Made by a program: the position numbers and the translations under genes
Notes under the pieces: model-generated
Database searches by the model: none
Told to the model about the DNA's origin: nothing
The model's input: the letters and a program-made list of their open reading frames with translations, nothing else
DNA from: an uncultured bacterium
GTDB taxonomy: Bacteria > Oederibacteriota > PGYV01 > CAWJRG01
DNA length: 64,000 nucleotides
Assembly (NCBI GenBank): GCA_963845185.1
Contig: CAWJRG010000001.1
Coordinates: 32,001-96,000, forward strand
Direction of reading: 5' to 3'
Part shown: positions 20,928 through 31,581 of the stretch, in pieces
How positions within the stretch are numbered: position 1 is the stretch's first letter
How the letters are laid out: each line of letters begins with the position of its first letter

Positions 20928-23027
20928 TTAACGGATTACTGCTATTTTTTTTGTTATAACCCTGTCCTTTAATATTAGTTTTAATATGTAAACTCCATTT
21001 GAAACTTCCCTCCCCGTATCGTTTACGCCCTGCCATTTAATATGATTTATGCACGCTGTTGTATCAAAACTTGTTAATTCCTTTTCCCATACCATCCTGC
21101 CTGAAGCATCGCTTATGGTTATCATGACATTCTGCGGCTCAGTCAACGGAAACCTTATTGTTGTAGTTCCATTGCAGGGGTTCGGATAATTATAAACATT
21201 CTTCTCATCAGGCTGGGTTAATATTGCTTCTGGCATTGTTTTGTTTATCACTTCGGATTCTTTCAATAATTCGCGCACCGGTGTTGCAATACATGCATGT
21301 GTAACAATACATGTAGGTGTTGCATATGTAGGTTCTTCATCCTGAATAGGATATCCATCGACATATATGGATATTTTTTCTTGACCTTTACATGAATTGC
21401 AGCCAGCCACAGGATGACCGCTTGGCTGTCCATGCATATTGTCGCCTTTTATTTCCATAAACACTATCAGTGTTATTTCTTCACCTTGCTTTATTTCTCC
21501 CGCGCATTGTTTAAATATTATTTCAAACATCTCTGTATTGCTGTTAATTTTTGCAATACTTGTTTTTATGCATTCTTTGATACTATCTTCATCTTTATCT
21601 TTAAATTCAAATTTCTTATCATTTCTCTTTTTGATATTTCCCCAATCATTATTTTCACTAATTCTATTCGATTTAATGCCTTTAATAGATACCGTTATTT
21701 CCTCCCCGGGATAATTACCTGAGTCACAACAATATCTTAATGATACCCTGCTCAAATCAATATCTTTCTTTGAACAGTTTGTCAAAATTATTTGCCCGTT
21801 AACGCCATTTTCTTTGCGTTTATCATTTTCATCAATGTATTTTGCTATTAAGCATAAATTTGGCTGTTCTGTATTTACAGGCGTTATTGTCGGCGTGAAA
21901 ATAGCTATTTTTGTAGCTGTAGCGCTAACAGTATCCGTGATTGTAAACGAAGGAGACCCTGTTAAAGTCCATATAGGTGTATTTGTTTGGGTTGCAGTAA
22001 ACGTAGGTACCTCTGTCAAAGTATTTGTTGTTGCCGCTGTCGTAGTTGCCGAAACCGTATACGTTGGCGTCTCTGAATCTGTTAAGGTCCATGTAGGCGT
22101 ATTTGTTTGGGTTGCAGTAAATGTAGGCGCCTCTGTTAATGTATTTGTTGGTGTCGCTGTCGTAGTTGCCGAAGCCGTATATGTTAGCGTCTCCGAATCT
22201 GTTAAAGTCCATGTAGGCGTATTTGTTTGAGTTGCAGTAAATGTAAGTGCCTCTGTTAATATATTTGTTGGTGTCACTGTCGCAGTTACCGAAGGCGTAT
22301 GCGTTGATGTCTCTGAATCTGTCAAAGTCCATGTAGGGGTATTTGTAGGTGTTCCTGTTAATGTGCCTGATATTGAGCTTGTAGGAGTAGGCGATTCAAT
22401 GTCTGTAGAAGTGCAAGTCGGTGTAGTAGTCTGGGTAATAATTACTAAATTAGGTGAATATGCCCCACCGTGTGTTTTCCCATCATTCCAGTAGGCATAA
22501 AATTGATAGTTGGCATTTGCCGTGCTTGTAATTTTATAATAAAAATCAAGTTGCCCGTTTATGTTGTTTATAAGAGTATCCGGAGGCCCGACATTCCACG
22601 CTATGTAAGGCTGTTGTACATTAAATATATCTAAAGGCGTGGGAACTGGCGTTCCTATTAAATATCCTGATTTATTTGCAGCATTGTTTATTGTGTAAAT
22701 ATTTAAGTAAGCGTTTGGAATATAGTAAGTTCCTATTAAAGAATAATATATTGTAAAGTGCACTGTGTCGCCAAGTGCTGCGGAACCGGACTTGTCGTTA
22801 GTTATTGTAATAATAAACTGTGGAGTGCTTGTAAGCGTAGCCGTGGGCGTATTTGATAAAATCGGTGTTTCAGTAGCCGTCGCTGTTTGTATTATTGTGG
22901 TATCATCTATTATCGTAGGCGTTACTGATTGCTGGGATTGTTGATCGTCAGAGAAAGCGCTTGAATTGAGTAAAATAAATATAAACAAAAAGACAGGTAA
23001 AAAAATCTTTTTACCTGTCTTCCTCAA
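20928..23027 (-). CDS. Secreted Thr-rich protein with degenerate CBM3-like region and T9SS-type-A/FlgD-like CTD
   Basis: Start moved to an in-frame TTG at 23027 (gives the signal peptide MRKTGKKIFLPVFLFIFILLNSSAFS) because a promoter lies inside the longer ORF. CTD reads YNYPNP...GVYILKL...KKIAVIR. Confidence 0.75.
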   Translation of the reverse strand: MRKTGKKIFLPVFLFIFILLNSSAFSDDQQSQQSVTPTIIDDTTIIQTATATETPILSNTPTATLTSTPQFIITITNDKSGSAALGDTVHFTIYYSLIGTYYIPNAYLNIYTINNAANKSGYLIGTPVPTPLDIFNVQQPYIAWNVGPPDTLINNINGQLDFYYKITSTANANYQFYAYWNDGKTHGGAYSPNLVIITQTTTPTCTSTDIESPTPTSSISGTLTGTPTNTPTWTLTDSETSTHTPSVTATVTPTNILTEALTFTATQTNTPTWTLTDSETLTYTASATTTATPTNTLTEAPTFTATQTNTPTWTLTDSETPTYTVSATTTAATTNTLTEVPTFTATQTNTPIWTLTGSPSFTITDTVSATATKIAIFTPTITPVNTEQPNLCLIAKYIDENDKRKENGVNGQIILTNCSKKDIDLSRVSLRYCCDSGNYPGEEITVSIKGIKSNRISENNDWGNIKKRNDKKFEFKDKDEDSIKECIKTSIAKINSNTEMFEIIFKQCAGEIKQGEEITLIVFMEIKGDNMHGQPSGHPVAGCNSCKGQEKISIYVDGYPIQDEEPTYATPTCIVTHACIATPVRELLKESEVINKTMPEAILTQPDEKNVYNYPNPCNGTTTIRFPLTEPQNVMITISDASGRMVWEKELTSFDTTACINHIKWQGVNDTGREVSNGVYILKLILKDRVITKKIAVIR
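21961..22345. repeat. About three tandem 120-bp (40-aa) coding repeats
   Basis: gttaaagtccat-like text at 21961, 22081, 22201 and 22321. Confidence 0.85.
22985..23021 (-). terminator. Terminator-like hairpin overlapping the predicted signal-peptide codons
   Basis: 14-bp stem aagacaggtaaaaa/tttttacctgtctt followed by U residues on the minus strand. Confidence 0.55.
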
Positions 23028-23195
23028 AGCCTTTTCTTCTTCTCGCGGGCTTTCAGATTTTATTAACTGCTCAGTTATCAACCTTCCTTTCATTGGCTCT
23101 TTCATGGTACCCACCTCCCCGCTTTTCGGGGAACCCGGCTCCAAGCTTTCGGGTACTTCGAAAGGCTCAGCGTCTTTGCTTTTCTTTCTCTTTCC
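23026..23195 (-). ncRNA. Candidate structured 5' leader or sRNA
   Basis: GC-rich nested stems between a consensus promoter and a terminator-like hairpin. Confidence 0.45.
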
Positions 23196-23201
23196 GCTAT
23201 A

Positions 23202-23230
23202 AATATACCATATAATTCTGTTTTTGTCAA
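23202..23230 (-). promoter_or_regulatory. Sigma70-type promoter
   Basis: Minus strand TTGACA-N17-TATATT, with TG upstream of the -10. Confidence 0.7.
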
Positions 23231-23315
23231 GTATTTTTGTAAATATTATTAAATCTAACAATATAGTAATAAAATAAATTTATTAAATTCCCCTATTTAA
23301 TTTATTGTAATTTTA

Positions 23316-24536
23316 TTATTCTAGGACTGGTGAGTAATTTACTGCATTTGATATTTTTATTTTAATCTCGTCTGACTTTAAGACTGTTCCGTTTTCGTCA
23401 GTAACCGTAATTTTCGCAGTATAAATACCCTCGGCATGCGGCATGCCGTCGTCCCTCATTCCGTCCCACACAACGTTGTCAAAAGGTTTTTCCGAGCCTT
23501 CCCATGTTTTTATTATTTTTTCATCACTGTCTTTTATTTCAACCGTCCACTTATATATGTCGTATTTCGTTTCTGATTTTATTCTGATATAGCATTTGTT
23601 GTTTGAAGTCAAAGGTGAAAATATTGGCGGGTCTGCCTTCAAAGAAAGTTCATATCCGCCGAACTTGTAACTTAAAGCCACCTTGTTTGATGTTACTAAC
23701 CCGTTAATGTCAATTCCATAATCAAATGTAAAATCATTAAACGTGATTCCAAACCCTCCTGTAATGTCACCTGGGTTATTGTTGTAACCCACCCTTAGAT
23801 ATAAAGGCGCGATCAGGTTATATTCAATCCCGGTAAAAATCAGCGGTGCCAGACTGTTAAAATCTTTTTCAGCATCAACCGCTATCTTTACAGTTTCGTC
23901 CATCAGCTTGATTGCCACGCCCAGCCTGGCAGACGGGATCAGTTTTTCCTCGTCGTTTGCGTATTGTATCGGCAGCGGCAGTATATTTCTGAAGCTCAAA
24001 GCCGCGTCCACATATTTATCGAAAGACCTCGCTAAACTTACATCGGCATTTACTCCGTAAAAACTGTCGTTTCCCAGCAGCCTCACTATCGGCTTTATGT
24101 TTATTCCGCCCTTTATGTTATAAAAAAGGCTTCTGCCGTAGCCCATCGTAATAAAGAGGTCGCTTGCTGATTGGCTTCCTTGCACTGTGCCGTCAGTGTT
24201 TACTACATCATAACTGCCGTAACTCATGTAAGATATCGCCAATCCTGCGCCGCCATATCTGCTCATGGGAAGTGCGTATGCTATGTTGTCAAAGTGAGAG
24301 CTTCCGTAAAATTGCTCAAACGACGCGGATATCTCATGCTTGGCGACATCTTCGAGATAAGCAGGGTTCCAGAAAACAGCCGTTGCGTCGTTCACGTCGG
24401 CTATTCCTGCCCCGCCCATGCTCATATTCCTCACGCCAAAACCTTTATATAACACCTCTAAAGGTATGCCCGCGTTATCAGCATATAAGGCGGCTGCACT
24501 TAGTATAAGCAGTACAAACAACAAAATTTTTTTCAC
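23316..24536 (-). CDS. PorV/PorQ-family outer-membrane barrel with C-terminal FlgD-Ig-like domain
   Basis: GVRNMSMGGA...DATAVFWNPA signature; barrel strands (LYLRVGY, FDYG); tail with FSP...VVWDG...EGIYT. Confidence 0.8.
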   Translation of the reverse strand: MKKILLFVLLILSAAALYADNAGIPLEVLYKGFGVRNMSMGGAGIADVNDATAVFWNPAYLEDVAKHEISASFEQFYGSSHFDNIAYALPMSRYGGAGLAISYMSYGSYDVVNTDGTVQGSQSASDLFITMGYGRSLFYNIKGGINIKPIVRLLGNDSFYGVNADVSLARSFDKYVDAALSFRNILPLPIQYANDEEKLIPSARLGVAIKLMDETVKIAVDAEKDFNSLAPLIFTGIEYNLIAPLYLRVGYNNNPGDITGGFGITFNDFTFDYGIDINGLVTSNKVALSYKFGGYELSLKADPPIFSPLTSNNKCYIRIKSETKYDIYKWTVEIKDSDEKIIKTWEGSEKPFDNVVWDGMRDDGMPHAEGIYTAKITVTDENGTVLKSDEIKIKISNAVNYSPVLE

Positions 24537-24541
24537 ATTTT

Positions 24542-24631
24542 GCTCCTAAGCAAGAGTTTATTTTACAAACCCTCAGGGTGCAGCAAAAATATTACTCTTG
24601 CTTACACCCGATTAAGTCCCAATCTTACGGG
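24542..24631 (-). ncRNA. Candidate structured RNA motif, copy B, ending in the RBS of the PorV-like gene
   Basis: Aligns with 7726-7816; 11-bp stem taagcaagagt/actcttgctta abuts AGGAG. Confidence 0.55.
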
Positions 24632-24653
24632 AACGAGAGGTGTCAGATATCTT

Positions 24654-26108
24654 TTATTTTAGCTTCGGCAGGCTTTCCAGCCCTTTGTCTATGCTTGACT
24701 GCTGAAGCGGTACATCCTCCAATTTGCCGTGCATATAAAGCTCATAAGCGCCTAGGTCAAAATTGCCGTGCCCGCTCAAGTTGAATAAAATTACCCTTTT
24801 CTGGTCTTTTTTCTTGGCGTCAAGCGCCTCGTCAATTGCGCATTTTATGGCATGCGCGCTTTCAGGCGCAGGGATAATCCCCTCTGTCCTTGAGAATAAC
24901 ATTGCCGCTTCAAAAACCGGGTTCTGGTCATAGGCCACCGCATCAATTATTCCCTGCTCATGCAGCAAGCTGATTATCGGCGACGCGCCGTGATACCGCA
25001 GCCCGCCGGCATGTATGCTTTCCGGCACGAATTTATGGCCCAGAGTATACATCTTTACGAGAGGCGTCATTTCGCCTGTGTCGCCAAAGTCATACGCGAA
25101 TTTTCCCTTTGTAAGCGACGGGCACGCGCTCGGCTCTGCAGCCACTGTCCTGAGCTTGGCAGCTTTGCCTGTCAGCCTGTCGTAAATAAAAGGCAGGGCC
25201 ATGCCTCCCAGGTTACTGCCTCCGCCATGGCACGCTATGACCACATCAGGATATTCCCCGGCCAACTCCATTTGTTTTTTCGCTTCCAGCCCAACTACGG
25301 TCTGGTGCAAAAGCACGTGGTTTAAAACGCTGCCCAACGAATATTTTGTATCCGGATTTTTTACTGCCATTTCGACTGCCTCAGATATGGCTATTCCGAG
25401 TGATCCCGGGGAATCAGGGTTTTCAGCTAGTATTTTTTTGCCTACTTCTGTCCTGTCCGAAGGCGAAGGATACACGTTTGCTCCCCATGTATGCATCATG
25501 AGTTTCCTGTACGGTTTCTGGTGAAAGCTGACTTTAACCATATAAATTTCTACCTCAAGCCCCATAAGGGTTCCAGCGAGCGCCAGAGCCGACCCCCACT
25601 GTCCTGCTCCTGTTTCTGTAGATAATCTTTTAACGCCTTGCTTCTTATTATAATAAGCCTGCGCAATGGCAGTATTTGGTTTATGGCTTCCTGCTGGCGA
25701 CACTCCCTCGTATTTATAGTATATTTTGGCCGGGGTACCCAAGGCTTTCTCAAGCTTAAATGCCCTCATCAGTGGAGAAGGCCTCCAGAGCTTATATATG
25801 TCAATAACTTCTCCCGGTATATCTATCCATCTTTTTGGCGACATTTCCTGCTCGATTAATGCCATTGGGAATAGTGGCGCTAAATCAGCTGGGCCAAGCG
25901 GCTTTCCCGTACCGGGATGCAAAGGTGGGGCGAGCGGTACAGGCAGGTCCGGAAGTATATTGTACCACGCATTTGGTATTTCTTTTTCCCCCAGGATGAA
26001 TTTCGTAAATGCGCCGGCTTTGATATTTACGATTTTTGCAGCTGCTTTTACTTTGGTTTTCGGGGACTTTTTAGCTTTTTTTACCTGTTTCTTTTTTCCC
26101 TTTTTCAT
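24654..26108 (-). CDS. trpB2: TrpB2-type tryptophan synthase beta-like PLP enzyme
   Basis: [43 protein letters not shown] and NLSGHG; stand-alone (no trpA nearby). Confidence 0.92.
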   Translation of the reverse strand: MKKGKKKQVKKAKKSPKTKVKAAAKIVNIKAGAFTKFILGEKEIPNAWYNILPDLPVPLAPPLHPGTGKPLGPADLAPLFPMALIEQEMSPKRWIDIPGEVIDIYKLWRPSPLMRAFKLEKALGTPAKIYYKYEGVSPAGSHKPNTAIAQAYYNKKQGVKRLSTETGAGQWGSALALAGTLMGLEVEIYMVKVSFHQKPYRKLMMHTWGANVYPSPSDRTEVGKKILAENPDSPGSLGIAISEAVEMAVKNPDTKYSLGSVLNHVLLHQTVVGLEAKKQMELAGEYPDVVIACHGGGSNLGGMALPFIYDRLTGKAAKLRTVAAEPSACPSLTKGKFAYDFGDTGEMTPLVKMYTLGHKFVPESIHAGGLRYHGASPIISLLHEQGIIDAVAYDQNPVFEAAMLFSRTEGIIPAPESAHAIKCAIDEALDAKKKDQKRVILFNLSGHGNFDLGAYELYMHGKLEDVPLQQSSIDKGLESLPKLK

Positions 26109-26258
26109 TTTAACACCTCCTGATTTTTTAATAAAATCCGGCAGTTAATATAACATTTTTTTTAATATAAGTCCATAATTTTTTAGAATGGGTATAAATC
26201 AATGAATTGAATTGTTTGACAGGAGTTTTACAACAATTAATTATATTTATTTGTGTAT

Positions 26259-29200
26259 TTAGTTACTATAACTAATTATTGCCGATATTTTTACTATCTT
26301 CCTCACTTTGTTGCCTGTAGTATCCACGCCTTCCATCACGCATATATAAGTCCCGCCCGATACTGTCTGCCCGCTTACGCTCTTTAAATCCCAGTTTATG
26401 CCGGCCGCGGCAAGATCGCCAATCAGCGTCCTTACAAGCTCCCCTGCTATGTTATATATCTTTATCTTTATTGTCCCGTTTGCGCCTGCCAGCCATGTGA
26501 ATTTCAGCTGTGTTTTACCGGTACCTATATAAGGGTTCGGCAAAGTCTTTACAACTCCCAGAACGTCTGCTGTACCTTTGTTAAATACCGTAATTGACTT
26601 ACTGGCTGTCACGCTTATTCCCTGATTTGTCTTTACCACAAGCTGTATCTCATATACTCCGCTCTGCACATAATCTCCCTGCGCGTTTTTCCCGTCCCAT
26701 GTAATATAGCTCACACCTGAGGTTGTATAAACTATTCCTATAGGCAGCGCTCCATTGCCCACAGCCACCACATTATTAACCTTTAATTCCATCTGGTCCC
26801 CTGTGGGATTCGGCTCTGATATTGTCTGTACAAGCTCTCCCGCGCTGTTGAATATATTCACCTGCACGTACTGGTCTTCGTTAATCGCGGTTATCTGCTT
26901 TGTTATTATATCCGTATGCCCGTACGGGTCTGTTGTCGTTTCCTTTATGTAATATGTCCCGTTCGCCACATTCTGGCCCGCGCTGTTTGTCCCGTCCCAT
27001 GTTAAAGCTCGCGTACCCGTTTTTCTGCTGGTCAGGCGTCTCCAGGCCCGGCACCTTTATTGTCAGCGGAGTCCCTGAACCGGGCGACATCACTGCTGTC
27101 TGGCTGCCGTTCAGCAGCAGCTGCACCTGCTGCGCCTCCTGCGATGTCGTAGTACTTACTATCGTTTTCACAAGCTCTCCTGCCTCGTTATACACGCCTA
27201 TGCTCATCACGTACGGGAACGGCACAGGCGTTATAGTTATTGTCACTGTCTGCGTGTTTGTGGACGTGTATGTTATTGTGGCGCTTAGCGTGTTTGTCGC
27301 CGTGTTTGTTGTAGTCAATGTTCTTGTGTTTGTGTCCGTCGTTGTTGCTGTTATTGTGTCCGTGTAAGTGTATGTCTGCGTAAGTGTGCTGGTATATGTA
27401 GGTGTCGCCGTAAAAGTGTATGTCGCCGTATTAACAGGCGTATTTGTGTATGTTGACGTCAGTGTGTATGTGTATGTCAGCGTAAGCGTGCTGCTTGAAG
27501 TCACGCTTACAGTCGGCGTGAATGTCGGCGTGTCTGTCGGCGTATCCGTGTTTGTCGGTGTATCTGTCGGCGTGCTGCTCGGCGTCGGGCTTACAGTCGG
27601 CGTATCCGTCGGCGTATCCACCGGAGAATTTGTATATGTAGGTGTCGCTGTATCTGTCGGTGTCCACGTCGGTGTGTTTGTATACGTCGATGTCGGCGTG
27701 CCCGTATCAGTTTCTGTACTTGTATAAGTGTATGTCGGCGTATCTGACGGGGTATCAGTTTGCGTATATGTCAGGGTCGTTGTTTTTGTCACAGTATATG
27801 TCGGCGTGAACGTCGCAGACAATATCACCACCGTAAATGTCATTGTTATCGTGTATGTCGGCGTATCTGTATCAGTATATGTCGGTGATGCCGTACTTGT
27901 GCATGTTGGCGTTGCTGTTAATGTATCCGTCTGCGTGTCCGTGTATGTATATGTCGGCAATAACGTATTTGTGTACGTTGGTGTTGCTGTCGGAGTATCT
28001 GTTTGCGTGTCTGTCACTGTTTGCGTGTACGTGGATGTAGGCGATGTAGTGTTTGTGTATGTTGGTGTTGGTGTCGCCGTCGGCGTATCCGACTGTGTAT
28101 CTGTCACGGTTATTGTCCTTGTTGCCGTGTATGTCGGCGTAAATGTCGCGGACAGTATCACCACCGTGAATGTCATTGTTATCGTGTATGTAGGCGTTAC
28201 TGTATTTGTATATGACGCCGTATTCGTGCTTGTGTATGTTACTGTCTGCGTATATGTAGGTGTAGGCGATGTCGTGTTTGTGTATGTTGGTGTCGCCGTC
28301 GGCGTATCTGTCTGCGTATATGTCACGGTTATTGTCCTCGTTGCCGTGTATGTTGGCGTAAATGTAGCCGATAGTATTACCACCGTGAATGTCATTGTTA
28401 TCGTGTATGTCGGTGATACCGTATCCGTATATGTCGCAGTATTCGTGCTTGTGTACGTCACTGTCCGCGTGTATGTTGGCGTGGGTGACATTGTATCTGT
28501 GAATGTCGGCGTTGCCGTCATTGTAACCGTCTGCGTGTCTGTCAGGGTTATTGTATCTGTCGGCGTATTTGTCCTGGTTATCGTGTATGTTGGCGTATAT
28601 GTCGCGGATAGTATAACGACAGTGAATGTCATTGTTATTGTATATGTCGGAGTCACTGTATTTGTCACTGACGGCGTATTCGTCATTGTGTCTGTGTATG
28701 TATATGTATACGTCACTGTCCTCGTGTATGTTGGCGTCGGCGACATCGTATCTGTGTATGTGGGCGTCGCTGTCGGCGTCACTGTCTGCGTATCTGTCAG
28801 CGTTATTGTATACGTCGGTGTATTTGTCCTGGTTATCGTGTACGTCGGCGTATATGTCGCGGACAGTATCACGACAGTGAATGTCATTGTTATCGTATAT
28901 GTCGGCGTTATTGTAGACGTATCAGTAGGCGTTACCGTAACGGTATCCGTATATGTATATGTGTATGTGACTGTGCGGGTGTATGTCGGCGTCGGTGATG
29001 CGGTGTTTGTGTATGTCGGCGTAGGCGTCAGCGTGTCCGTCAGAGTGAATGTCGGCGTATATGTCCTGGTAAATGTTACCGATACTGTAATTGTCACTGT
29101 TGAAGTAAATGTCGGTGTATCAGTCACCGTAACAGTATTTGTATATGTATATGTCACTGTCTGAGTGTATGTAGGCGTAGGCGATTGCGTGTCTGTAAAT

Positions 29201-31509
29201 GTCGGTGTCGTTGTAGGCGTGTACGTCCGGGTAAATGTGGGCGTCTGCGTGTATGTATATGTAGGCGACAACGTGTTTGTGTACGTCGGCGTAGGGGTTG
29301 GCGTGTCTGACTGCGTGTATGTCGGCGTATTTGTCCTTGTGAATGTCATTGACATTGTATTTGTCAGGGTTGGAGTGTCAGTCCGCGTTGCCGTAAGCGT
29401 GACAGTATTTGTATATGTATATGTCACTGTCTGTGTGTATGTAGGCGTCGGCGACGCCGTGTTTGTGTACGTCGGCGTAGCAGTCAGCGTGTCTGTCAAT
29501 GTATATGTGAATGTTATCGTCCTTGTGAATGTTACTGACACTGTATTTGTTGCGGTCAAAGTATCAGTCTGTGTCGGCGTCTTTGTGGCAGTGTATGTGT
29601 ATGTATATGTCACTGTCTGTGTGTACGTGGGCGTCGGCGATGCTGTGTTTGTGTTTGTCGAAGTTGCTGTCGGAGTGTCCGTCAGTGTGTATGTGGGCGT
29701 TATTGTCCTGGTGAATGTCACGGTGACTGTATTTGTCATTGTCGCAGTGTCAGTCAGTGTCGGTGTCTTTGTGGACGTATATGTGTAAGTGTATGTCTGT
29801 GTTTGCGTGTATGTAGGTGTCATGGTCCGCGTGGATGTATATGTCGGCGTACTTGTAGATGTGTATGTAGGCGTGTATGAAGGAGTCGACGCCAGACACT
29901 GGTCCGCCATATTTACCGTGGATACAGGCGATGCAGCATATCCAGGGAAGGACAGTGAAGCGTTATTATGCCAGGAACAATTTGCGGGACAGCAGTTATA
30001 CATGGTTAAATACACTGGCAAATCATAGCACCCTGTAAACCCCGGCGCTGCAGGGACAATTACGAATGTGGCCATGTTTGTGCCTCCAGAGCCACTTATG
30101 GATGAAATTCCAGCTGCAGGCGAACCCAAATAATACGGCCCGTTAAACGCCCAGCTGTCTGCCGGCGCAGCAGACGACCAGTCGTCAATAACCGTGATAT
30201 CCTGCGTCACATAGCCGCCGTTATTGCAGATTGCCAGGGTAAATGTAAGGTTTTGTGTTGTTATATTTGTCGTTTGGCTAGCGGATTTTGCCAGGGTAAA
30301 TTGCGGCGGCATTGGCGTCACTGTCGGCGACGGGCAGAAATCCGACAGTTTTACGCTGCTGCTTGACGCACCCATTGTCACAGTGTTGTACCACACCGTG
30401 CACTCGTCGCCTACAGGAAAATAATAATTCTCAAGCACATACGTGAAAGACATGCACGGCTGCGTGCACCCGGTACAGGTAACGCCGGGAAATCCTTCCT
30501 CAAAATAAACCTGGTTGTTTTGGGTACCAGATGAGATTGAAATGTCCCCGAAATAAACTCCACCGGAATAAATACCCATAATGCCGCTCGTCGGCGACAC
30601 ATATGACCAGTCAGTGGCCGTCCATTGGTCGCTTGTAAAAACCGTGCTTGTGGTGCCGCCTCCGGAATTGCATATAGTATAGGAAAAAGTCAGCTCTCCG
30701 CTCCCGTCTATGAACGTTCCTCCTATGCCGGTGGTCTGGCCCGCTGATTTTGTTATTTTCAGATTCGGCGGCATGGGAGTCGGGATTTCACTCAGGTTAA
30801 ACCCCTGCCTGAAAAATATTTGCTGGCATCCGGTAGTTGTTTCGGCAGTAGAAGCGTCTCCGTAACCCAGAGGCTCCAGCACGTTGTGCGTTTCAAGGGA
30901 AATTTCTTTCGCACCCCATTCCTGTCCCAGATAAAGTATGCTGGAAGCTGACGCCCATGTCGAATTGCTTGCCTGGTTGTAATTCTGGCTGTACCATGTA
31001 TATGTCCCGTCGTACGGCCCCGCATCGCACGATTGCGATCCATTGCAGCATACGTTTGTATCCGTAATATAACTGATGCCTGTGCCGCTGTCGCTGTCCA
31101 CAAAAGCGTACCCGCCGTTCGTGCAGGTTATTTCCATGGACCATGTCGCCCACATTTCGCAGCATTCCGTGTTCTGGTTCCTCACAGCTATGACATTGCC
31201 CGTCGACTGAAGGTTGAAAGAGGTAACTTGTGCTGCGCTCAGGGCGATACACGGGGTAGTGCCTCCCATGCCGACATATCCAAAAGTCGTGACATAAACT
31301 CCGTTTACATAAATGTCGGCAATATCATCGGTTGCGCCGCAAAGCTCAGCTGTTTGAGGCGTGCAGACAGCTGCCGCTGCATGCAGGCTGAAATTTAATG
31401 AAATAAAAAATATAAAAACGATTAAAATTATTTTCAGATTGGTATCAAACCCCCTTTTGACGTCTAAGGACAACTTTGAATCCCTGCACTTGATTTTTCC
31501 GGCACTCAT
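26259..31509 (-). pseudogene. Giant Thr-rich secreted protein with FlgD/T9SS-like C-terminal block, split by a 1-nt insertion (or sequencing error)
   Basis: ORFs 26881-31509 and 26259-26969 join into ~1749 aa if one T at 27002-27003 is removed (catgttaaagc here, catgtaaagc in the paralog at 32321). Confidence 0.85.
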
Positions 31510-31581
31510 TGTTCATGCCTCCGCATTTATAAAGACTGCGTCAGCGGAGGACATCGGCGGATTAGGTTCAACTCATGGATT

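Noticed and set aside
23026..23195. FMN, c-di-AMP or TPP riboswitch
   Set aside because: Only isolated words match (AGCCCGCGAG, CGCUGA); the rest of each consensus is missing.
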